A stretch of DNA of 63,509 bases, filler included, from Choristocarpus tenellus KU-1152 (Eukaryota > Protista > Phaeophyceae), in assembly GCA_964200185.2 (NCBI GenBank). It is 11 parts of 11 records of this genome, joined end to end, with 100 filler letters (N's around TTAATTAATTAA, not from the genome) between each part and the next. Parts side by side here need not be neighbours in the genome. Positions count along the whole stretch, not along the records: positions 10,546 to 16,923 come from CAXNAD020008267.1; positions 17,024 to 31,634 come from CAXNAD020001152.1; 9 more parts are not named here. One strand, written 5' to 3'. The notes beneath the pieces were generated by a model. The model had not been told where the DNA came from and made no database searches. It worked only from the letters and a program-made list of their open reading frames with translations. A program made the position numbers and the translations under genes. This document shows, piece by piece, positions 11,873-21,900 of this stretch (its first letter is position 1; each line of letters starts with the position of its first letter).

Positions 11873-13351
11873 TGATTTGCTACATATTAACACCATTCAG
11901 AACACGAAATTTGTGAGTAGGAGTAAGAACCAGACACAGACGCTCATTTTTCTAGATACTCGGAAACGCCATTATCATTGCGATATGGGAGGTGGGAGCA
12001 ATTGGTAACAGTTCTCAGAAGTATATTCTTAGAGGTGATACTAGGAATGGGGATGGGTAGATACACTCCCTATTAAAAAGTTCCCTGAATTTTGGAAGGA
12101 TGAAGTAGTATTGATGATGAAATAGTATAGTTAGGAGTGAACATGGTATAGCAAGACCTGTCCGCCTATCAGATTGTGTCAACTACAATATAGAACACCT
12201 CTCCATTTTGACCTTGTGCTTCTTGATGGATTGCTGGAATTGGCATGTCCATCAGGGGCTACCTACTCTCGTCACGAATGGCCTGTTGCGATGACCATCC
12301 CCACTCAAATTTTTCCTGGTGTGGAGGATATCAGTTACTGCGTGTGTCCGTCGTCATGGTTAATAATAATGTATTTCTTAGCGAGTGTTTGCTTATTGTC
12401 AATGTTCTGAATGGTGTTAGTAACATGTAGTAACTGTTAACAAATGGTAGTATATAGTAGTACGTGTATAATCGAAACCAGCGCAAAGCGGGCAGAGCAT
12501 TGATTGACGCAGAACACTGCACCACCGGGACAAGTTCCTCTAGCCAGTGAGGGGCCTCGATTGCTGGAGGGGAAAATGTATTAGGCTTCTACGTATCTTT
12601 CTTGCGTGGTCTTTTTCAAATGCCAGGCACATAACGGCGAACCTCCTTGCCATTATGCTCAAAACCCTTCTACTTGAAAGCGTTTATATATATACAACTT
12701 TATGTAGTATTTTCCAAAGATGGGTAATATTCACTACCTATGACCATTATTGGTAGTAGTAGTGGTAGTGGTAGCTGCAGCAGCAGTAGTCACGGCGGCT
12801 TTATGGCCTAAGGTCCCTTTCGGCATTATAGTACAATGGTTGTATTGTACCAGAGAGATTGAAATTGGAGTACCAATGCCCCTGTATCTCAGATTCTGTC
12901 GACAACGTTTTGACTCTGTGGGATATGGCATACACAACGTCACCCACATCAACTCCATGAGATTCTGATCGAATTTGGAGCAGTCTGTAGGGTGCAGCTG
13001 GCACGATTGCTGTATAAGGCCACTCTTCTTTATTATTCCTGGTTCCACACCAGTATCTATTGTTGCAAATAGCTGCATCCTTCTTCTTAGCCAGTACTAG
13101 TATGAGGAGGAATTACGGATGATACTCCTGGGAGTAAGTACGAGGAGGAGAGGGACGGTGTCATGGAGTGATGGTGGGGTTTTTTTGCCTCTCCTGTATA
13201 ACTCGTACACTATAAAGAAAAGAGTACAAGTATATACAGTATTGATTTGATGGTAACTCCAACAAAATCCCTACGCGTCGCAGGTTTGGACGAAACCCCC
13301 AATGTTGACATTTTGATATACTAACATGTTGACCCTGTTTTCCACTGAAGC

Positions 13352-13801
13352 ATGATGATTTTCGCAAGGGAGACCTGTCATTGCCTTACAAGCACTTGGC
13401 TCATAGCCATCTTTCTGGGTTCTTCTCTGACACCAGTCTGTACCTTCATGGTGTCGGGCATATCAAAGTCAAGCTCTCGCATATCTTCAACATTGCAAAC
13501 ATGCGGAACGCTGTTCGTCATACCTCGCGTAGGAGGCCTAGAGGGAAAGGATGCCGAGTCTTCTGAAGTTGATGGTTTCGATAAAGGAAAAAATGCTGGC
13601 GACGGTGACGAGGATTTGATTGTAACATGGGAAGAAGATGGTGATGAGCCTTTCCCGATATGGAAGGGCATGGGAGCTTACGATGACGGGGAGCTGGAGG
13701 TGGTTCCTGCAGCTGGCGTAGTCATCGTCGATCCCTTCTGCGAGTATCTGGGAAAGCGTGCAACCAGAATGTTGGAGGAGGCTGGGTACGCCGTAATGCA
13801 G
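13352..13801 (+). CDS. ATP-grasp gene exon 1 (hydrophobic leader, Ser-rich segment, start of domain)
   Basis: ATG at 13352; 150 codons ending at CAG|GTTTG. Confidence 0.8.
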
Positions 13802-16800
13802 GTTTGCCATTCTTTGCGCTGATTTGTGGTCGAATTGGTACGCCAGATCCCCCATGTTTCTCGAGTCCGTTTGACACTCCAAACCTTCCGTGCCACATGC
13901 ACATTCCAGCATGCTTGGTTTTTTTACTTGTGCAAGCTCCAGAGGTATATCGATACCATTATTAAGTAAATATTAACGGCTTGTGGCTGACCCAGGTGCT
14001 ATCGCCGCATCTGGTGCAACACATCGACGATCCTGAGGTCAGTATCTATCGTGCTCCTTCTCCTGGACGCGAGGTGCAGTGGATCGCAAAGCTCCCCTTT
14101 CCCCCCGTAGCCGTGCTGTGTGAATCAGACGCGGGTCTAGCAACAGCAGGTTTGTTCTCTGATACATGTAAGTCTCGTGGCAAAGTTTGTACGTCACTTA
14201 GCCTGCTATACCATGGACTCAGTCAGTGTAGGCTTACTCCTAAACCACCACCACTGACCACAGTTCAAGGAGCACTCGCGTCATGGCCGCTCCATTGATC
14301 CATTGATAATCTTCTCAAGTTGAAGGTGGCATGTGCCATGCGATAGCATAACAAATATAATCGTATGGCACTGCAACTTCCTGGATCTAAACGAGTTTAT
14401 TCTGGTAATCTTAACCCCAACCCTAACCTTACCTCTCAACCCCTTACATCGAAAAATACGTATTCTTCCCAATTTACCCACCCTGCCATTCTCCTTTTCC
14501 TCTGCAACGTTCCCTGTATCATACCTCTGAAATCTTTTCCTATTTTTCTCAACGGTTTTCTGTCCCAGAGAGGCTCCAGTCAGCTCTCTTAGGAAGGCGT
14601 TATGGTGGTGTGAATGAAGCCAGGCGGGACAAGTTCCTCATGAACGAGGCTTCCAGGGCAGCTGGGCTTGAAACCGTTCAACAAATTAAAACAGGGCACT
14701 GGCACGAGGTTGTGGAGTTTGCCACAGCACTTACCAGAGGCAAGGAGGGGTTTGCAGATGATACGGAGGCAGTGCGGTTGGTGGTAAAGCCATTGAGGGG
14801 GTGTGCAAGCGGGGATGTTTATCTATGCCAAGGACTTCAAGAGGCTGAGACAGCATTCCATACTATTCTAGGAACTCCTAAATATGGCACTCCAGGCGTG
14901 GTAAACGACGAGGTGTGTGTGTGTGTGTGTTGCTGGGGAATGTGCTGTGGTAGTGTGGGGGTGTGTGGGTTCTGTTCTTGCAGAGGTGTTACATATTGCT
15001 AAGAAATTGACAATATCAACCAGCCACTTGCTGTGCAAGGGCCGAAGGGCTCCTCTTTATGTCCTACTTGTGGTCCAGATCCTCGATTATGGTGGTACTG
15101 TAGGTTCAAGGTGGTACCATAGGTTCAAGGTGGTACCGTGGTATCATAGTACCTATGTAGCATCTAAAGGTCCTGTGTTGGTCCCAAGAATAAGCCTTAT
15201 ATTTGTGATAAAATTTATTTGGTAGTTGCCGCTGAAAAGCAAAGGTGTTGGTTTTCTACAGAGTCTGGATTCGTGACCCAAGTTGAAGTTCTGACACATG
15301 GAATCACCCATTCTTGGGAACCAATCATACCAATGCCCCCCACTCCCTGGGCTGTATATTTTTCAGCAAGTTGTGAGGGGAGTGGTGCCGATCCTAAAGC
15401 CAGGTAAGGCCAATGTAAGCGAGAAAGAAAGAGGATGTTTCACACTACAACACCTATGTACTTACTTTTTTTAGTAAACATTACATTGTCATCACTTTTT
15501 CTTTTCTTTTTTGAGGGGGGGGGGTTAGGGTTTTGTTACACTGTGCAGAATATGAACTACAGGAGAAGCTCCGTAGGAGATGTCTAGGGTGCTTTTTTGA
15601 AGGTAACATCTGCATCGATTGGAAGTTACTTACATTGATGGATAGTAGGACCAGAGATAGTCACTATATAGGTCTACAAGTATAGCCTCCTCGCCTGAGA
15701 ATTGTGGGGTTAGGGTTAGGGTAATGAAGTTAGAACAGCAGACAAGTGCTGATAGGTCGAAATTTGTCATGAGGGAGGATGAGAAAAGATAAATCACTGA
15801 TGAAGTTCCCCCACCCTCACGAAAACATATTTTGCTCTGAGCCACAATTGCACTATGTGCCTTAGTTTTGTGGGTTTGAATGTGAGAGAGGAAAATGGTT
15901 GGGTTGCTTTTTAGTTTTGTGCAACTAATAGTAGCCCCCCTCACAGACCTGCCAGAGTGAAAGTATCTTAGGGTTAGGGTACGAGTTTTGCCCTGTTTGT
16001 CCGTTTGGGCTTGGCTTCCCATGTTGTTGTTTTTTCATGACATTTTGCCCACTCCGAAATGTTTAGGAGTAGGTATAATGATGATGTTATGAAAAGGTGT
16101 CTCCGGAACAAGGATATGTGCACTTCCTAACAAACACAATAGCCAAAATCACATCAAAATCGCAACATTGGATTTTGACCCCCACACGGACGCAGCTCTA
16201 CCCTAACCCTAACCCTAACCCTAACCCAAACCCTAAGATACTTTGACTTGCTATCTATACATCCAAATGAAGTGTTGTGTATATACTCCACCAGATGTGC
16301 ATAATTCATACATACATACATACATACATACATACATACATAAATACATACATAAATACATGATACATACATTGAGCACTTACAGTGACAGTTATAGTGA
16401 CAGTTACACTTACTTACACATAACCACGATAGTTTACATATGTATAGAAAAACTGAGCTTTATTGTGAAGTACCATACTTTAGTGGTTAGAGACATGCGT
16501 ACTCAGCAAGCTACTTACATGTACACTATGTAGTTGCCACGAACATCAATCTGATACATGTACATATGTATGTGCTAATATATGTGTATATATGTTTGAT
16601 CGAAGTACTCTTAGGAGCATGTCATGTGTCGCACCTTACACATGAGGCAATCTAGACACAAATCTAGCCTCACAGCCCAAATTAACCAAGTACATAATAT
16701 GATAAAAAAACACACACAAACACACACACAATTAAAAAAAGATACACAATTCAAGCCCCCCCCCCCTAGATTGTACTTCTGGAACACTTTTTTTCCCTTC

Positions 16801-16904
16801 TTCTTCTTCTTCCTCGTTCCGTTTGAGTTCAGGTTCTGGTACAGGGATACCTGCAAGGAACAGAGTACGTGGTGGACACCGTGAGCAGGGACGGTGAGCA
16901 CAAG
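13352..16904 (+). CDS. ATP-grasp domain ligase (L-amino-acid ligase/carnosine synthase/NikS-like), 5' part; cut by contig end
   Basis: Four GT-AG exons join in phase: 13352-13801, 13996-14149, 14569-14912, 16833-16904. The spliced protein has VVIVDPF, AVLCESDAGLATAERL, ARRDKFLMNE, LVVKPLRGCASGDVYLC and VLVQGYLQGTEYVVDTVSRDGEHK, all typical ATP-grasp motifs. Confidence 0.9.
13996..14149 (+). CDS. ATP-grasp gene exon 2
   Basis: ctgac...ccag| acceptor; encodes VLSPHL...ESDAGLATA; phase-1 donor G|GTTTG. Confidence 0.85.
14569..14912 (+). CDS. ATP-grasp gene exon 3
   Basis: Polypyrimidine tract plus CAG; encodes ERLQ...RRDKFLMNE...VVKP...NDE; donor |GTGTGT. Confidence 0.9.
15955..16249 (+). mobile_element. 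MITE family A copy in ATP-grasp intron 3, with telomeric hexamers in both TIRs
   Basis: Body colinear with the other copies; left TIR TCTTAGGGTTAGGGTACG, right TIR CTA(CCCTAA)4CCCAAACCCTAAGATAC. Confidence 0.9.
16833..16904 (+). CDS. ATP-grasp gene exon 4
   Basis: ttcag| acceptor; encodes VLVQGYLQGTEYVVDTVSRDGEHK; donor |GTCAGT; phase 0/0. Confidence 0.9.
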
Positions 16905-17023
16905 GTCAGTCGGCGGGGGAGGGNNNNNNNNNNNNNNNNNNNNNNNNNNNNNNNNNNNNNNNNNNNNTTAATTAATTAANNNNNNNNNNNNNNNNNNNNN
17001 NNNNNNNNNNNNNNNNNNNNNNN

Positions 17024-17131
17024 TAGGGTTCGGGTTAGTCATCCCCGAGAGGGAGAGGGTTAGGGTTAGGGTTAGTCATCCCCGAGAGGGAGAGGGTTAG
17101 GGTTAGGGTTAGTCATCCCCGAGAGGGAGAG
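17024..17131. repeat. 37-bp tandem unit x3: (GGGTTA)3-GTCATCCCCGAGAGGGAGA
   Basis: Directly visible at the contig start. Confidence 0.9.
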
Positions 17132-17589
17132 ACTACGGTGTTGAACGTTTTCTCATGTCTTAGGGTTAGGGTTAGGGTTAGTCTTTTCTTCTTTTCTTAT
17201 TGAATCACTCCATTTTTTGTTAGGTTAGGGTATGTACTGTTAAGTACGAGTGTGTGAAGACTATTCTTTTATTTTTTTGAATAAGTAAATTAAAGTTAGA
17301 AACACTCTGTTTATGGAAGAGAATAAGTTTGTATTCTGAAGATTAGGATGTAAGTATGGGATAATGAACTAGGACATGGAAGAGTTTATGGATAGGAAAC
17401 ATTGTAGCAAGTAATCTCCAATGAGTGATCAGTGATTAGTGATTAGTGATCTACAGTGTAGGGTTAATTTGGTGACAAGGGGCCCTTCGGCTTGAAGGTC
17501 CAATCCTCCTTTGTCCTTGGTTCATGCACCTCTCTCTCTTTTGGGTACACCACATGTGTAATGATGGCTCTAGATAGAGTTCGTAGTCG

Positions 17590-17870
17590 AAGTTTATGAG
17601 AGGGTTAGTGTTAGGGTATCCAAATTTGGTCGTTTTTCATTCTAATTTGTTTTCACTCTTTTGCAATTCACCCAAATTTATACCCTAACCCTAACCCATA
17701 TCTATGTGGATGAAGTTCTAAATTTGACTTGAGAGGGTTATTTCTTTTTTATTTTTGTGTGAAACCTTTCAACACAATTGAAAATACATCGTTTACACAT
17801 TTGTAAAAAAAATATAGCTTTGCACATATTTGGTTGAAATTGTAACTCTAGTTACCTCCTGCTTAGCCTC
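17590..17870 (+). mobile_element. MITE family D copy with two telomeric insertions
   Basis: Shares TGCAATTCAC, GAAGTTCTAA.TTTGACTTGAGAG and CATTTGTAAAAAA with the other D copies; extra GGGTTAGTGTTAGGG and CCCTAACCCTAACCC. Confidence 0.7.
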
Positions 17871-18139
17871 ATATCGCACTTTTGGATATCTTGTACCTTT
17901 TACTGCTCTGATCAGTGAGAGTTGCTACCTTGGCTGTACTAATGTTGGACCTTGAAGGCTCACCCTGTCATTCTGACAGTGTCTCAATTGGGGATAGGAA
18001 GTACCTAGTACCTTGGTTTACTTCAAACCCCATTTTAAGGTCAAGCGATCAAGAAGCTCTGTATTGTATTTTTCACACCTTGGGAAGCGTATGGCTCAAT
18101 GCTAGAATGGGTTCCCTGAGAAAATTTGGCTATATTTAA

Positions 18140-18232
18140 CCCTTACCCATGTCAACATTGGTATATTCCTTGTTCATGTCAACATTGATATATCCCTAAC
18201 TCATGTCAACATTAGTGTATCCCTTACTCATG
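18140..18232. repeat. ~27-bp tandem repeat x3 (CCTTAC.CATGTCAACATT.GT.TAT)
   Basis: Directly visible. Confidence 0.8.
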
Positions 18233-18819
18233 GCAAATGTAGGGTCGTTTTTGCTCTATCTCTTACCAGGACAACGTTCAGGGGGAAGTTTCTTTGAATG
18301 AGCCTCGTTGTTGAGAGCAATGTTTTGTGGTCATTTTTTGAATTATTATTCCGTCTCCTTACATATAATATTCTTTTTCATATTGTTGATAGTTTTTATT
18401 GTTCCAGAAAGAAGAAAGTTGAGAGAAGAAATAAGGCTATGTAATCCAAAGAATAGAAGAAAAGTACACTATTTTTATAGTATACTCTTTTTAAGTAGTT
18501 TGTCGGTTGTCCTCTCTAGTAGCATTTTTTGTTGCATCTAAAAGGGGTAGGGTTAGGATTAGGATTAGAGTTATTGCTGCCTATAACCCTAACCCTAAAC
18601 CTGCATTCATTCCTTGTTCTGTCTAGTGTGTTTTCAAGGTTTTCTCTTGTATGTGTACCTTGAGGGTTAGGGTTAGGGTTAAGGTGTGTCTGTCTTGTAT
18701 TGTATTGTCCAACTTTGTGTCAATCAAATGTATGTCCTATGTTCAATACGTATCAATATACATATCAATACATACATATATATATATATATATATATCAA
18801 ATGTATGTCCTATGTTCAG

Positions 18820-18903
18820 GTACATATCAATGCAGGAAAGACAACTCCGTTTGATGCAGAGGCTGTCAGGGCGCTGCTCAAGGAGGGAAGGGCCAGACAG
18901 CAG
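18820..18903 (+). CDS. SBNO: SBNO probable exon (VHINAGK...RQQ)
   Basis: CAG| acceptor and |GT donor, 28 codons, phase 0/0; poorly conserved region. Confidence 0.6.
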
Positions 18904-21900
18904 GTATCTTTAGCTAACTTTGTGATTTTTTCCTAAAGTGGTGGAAATCCCTAACCCTGGCAAATGAACTTTATCGCGACCCTAACCCTAACTCCAACAA
19001 CCTATCCTTAGAATATGTTGTTGTCCCTAATCTTCAGCCTTATCAAGCATGACTTTGTTCATACTATTCCTTAGCTTACACTGGTCCCTAACCCTATAAT
19101 ATTCACGACACTATCCTTCAAAACGATATCCCTAAACTTCAAACCCTAACCCTCTTCCATGACCTTGATCCTGGAAATAGGGTTAGGGTTGTGAGAGGTG
19201 AGTAATTGCATTGTGAACTGGATACCACCAGTGCAGTTCTGTCTAAGGACAATTTATGTCTAATTTATGTATACCTATTGATGACTTGTGTATATTAAGG
19301 TATTGTTTTAACTTGCCTAGCAATTCCATTAGTATTTTCAGCCTATAGTTATAGCTATGGTTTATGGAATGGCTAACCCAATGTTCAAAAATCATGTGTG
19401 AATGCGTAATTAGGGTTAGGGTTAGGGTTAGGGTTAGGGGAGTAGGAGGACAAATGCATTGTGGCGACATTTGAAGAAAGAAAAGAAAGATTGTAGAGAG
19501 TCTGTTCACCTCTCATTTGTACTTGAATAAAGACTTTTCTTTTCTTCCAGAGCGAGAAATGAAACAAAAATATTAGGGTTAGGGTTAGGGTTAGGTTTAG
19601 TACAGGTAGACTAAAAGTATTACCAAGGCAGTCTACCTTACACATATAGATTACAATTTCAACATTTTTTTGCATTACATCTGTTGATCACCTTGATCAG
19701 GCGCTGGCGGTGGAGATGACTAGGGTTAGGGAAATACCCGAATGTGCTGTGACAAAGGAGAATCTACTTCAGAGACTCATGGTGAGTTTCCTGTGTATTT
19801 TTTCTTTTTTGCATTATTTTTATTATTTTATGGTAATATACTGTAGATATTGTTCATGGCATTAAGTTGCAGATAGGGTTGGGGTTAAGGGTAGGGTTAG
19901 GGTAGGGTTAGGATAATAGGGTTAGGGTGGTTGGGTACAAAGATAATGTTGTCAGGTTTCAAAAGTTTTGACCTTTACCAAGGAATGCCCTAGGGTTAGG
20001 GTTAGGTTTAATGCCTCCTGTCAAGTACAAAGCTTTTTATTGGCTGGTGTTTGCATCTATTGAACCACCGATTCTATTCTTTTTTATTTAATTTTTCAGT
20101 ATTTCTAGAACCATGACAATGGCATGTAACTGAAAAAGTGCTGTGCGTGTCTTTATGTTCGAAATCGTAATTTTATTGTTTGGGTGTATTTATTTGTTGA
20201 AATATTTTATTATTGTTTGCTCTGTAGTGGATTGTGGTGACTTGTGGCTATAGAGTTAGGGTTAGGGTTTCTGCATTTATGTGAAGGTATTCCTAGCAAA
20301 CAATCCCAATGGGTATACCCTTTTCTGTCTATAATGCTGTCGAGAGCAATATTCCTAACCCTAACACCTGACATCTTTGGTTGAATAGTGCAAGTGTAAT
20401 GGTAAAGGCTTATGGTTAGGGTTAGGGTGAAGGTAACAAACAGGCATTTAGGTTAGGGTTAGGGTTAGGGTCTGGAGATATCAGAAGCATGGTTGAAAGT
20501 GGAAGCCCCAATTAGGAACAATGTTTTTGGTGTATTTTGACATTTAGTTGACATTTAGTGTGGAATAAATTAAGGAATAAATTAAAAGCAGTGAAGTGGC
20601 CATGATTTTGGATTCGGGTTAGGGATAGGGTTAGTTCAGATATTCCTTTACAATATGTGGAACACCAAAGGTTTTGCCAACATTCTACTAAGAAAATGCT
20701 GTTATTTTGTTGTAAGGGTTAGGGTTAATGAAGATTTTCACTGTTGGTGAACGAAGTATTATCTAATAAAGGTGAAACGTGATATTTTTGTGTTATGGAG
20801 GTAAGGTGAGGAGTTAGTGTTAGGGGTGCACCAGATAGACAGTTTAGGACTATGATGTGGTGTACACTGTTGATATAGCACTATTTTAGATTTATGGTTA
20901 GGGTGAGGGCTGTTGCTGTAATAGAGGAACAATAGGTGATGTGATTTGTATTGCTTGGTAAGTGGTAAGGGTTAGGGGGAGGGGTAGGATTAAGGGTAAG
21001 GTTAGGGCTGTTGCCAACATCTTACTACAAGTTTTTTTTTAGCGACATGTGCACTCTGTTATTAGGGTTAGGGTTTTTAGATTGCAGAACAAGTGTGTAA
21101 TGATTTGATACTTGATAATTATATGATAGTTGATAGGTGTAGAATGAAAAATTAATATTCATTGGCTTAACTTCCCCTAACCCTAACCCTAATAGTACCT
21201 GACTCTTTCTTGTGTCCCTAGGTGATGAGTGACAAGGGACATAATGCAACAGAAACATTTTTATTTTTTAGTCAGAAAATAGTGTTAGGATTAGGGTTAG
21301 GGTCGATAGGATGAACAAGTTCCCTAACCCTAACTGTTCAACACCGCACCCTGACCTAACTTGGTGACTAACCCTAACCCTAACCCTAACTGTTCAACAC
21401 CGCACCCTGACCTAACCCTAAACTTTTTGTAAACCTTGGGTGGTGTGTGGCTGTGCATTGGGGTTCTATTGGGCCTGTTTGTATGGTTTCTGTTGTGTGT
21501 GTGTGTGTGTGTGTTATGTATTATGTGTTATGTGTGCGTGTTATGTGTGTGTGTGTAAAGGGACTGACACTGCTACGTTCCACTTTGGATGGTTTGATCG
21601 ATGATCTTGGGGGTCCAGATGCTGTTGCAGAGATGACAGGCAGGAGGGGAAGGTTGGTGAGAAGAGGGGGTAACCTCCGGTATGAGCTACGGCATGAGAA
21701 TGAGAATCAAGAGACCAGGTACCAAGTACCAAGTACCATATAGTGACAATGGACAGCAAGCATTGCAGTACATGCAATAATGCATTGGATTACAGGTGTA
21801 GTGTTGAGTTTTTTTTTCGTAAGTATTATTATGGGTTAGGGCTAGGGCTAGGGTTAGGGTTAGGGTTAGGTGTGAATGTGGTCAGACTGGCTCTATCAAT

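Noticed and set aside
17024-17180. True chromosome end at the contig start
   Set aside because: Tracts are short, interrupted and G-strand oriented at a left end, and similar tracts occur throughout the introns.
18270-18315. Possible extra SBNO exon after a pyrimidine tract and CAG
   Set aside because: No convincing donor and no conserved motif.
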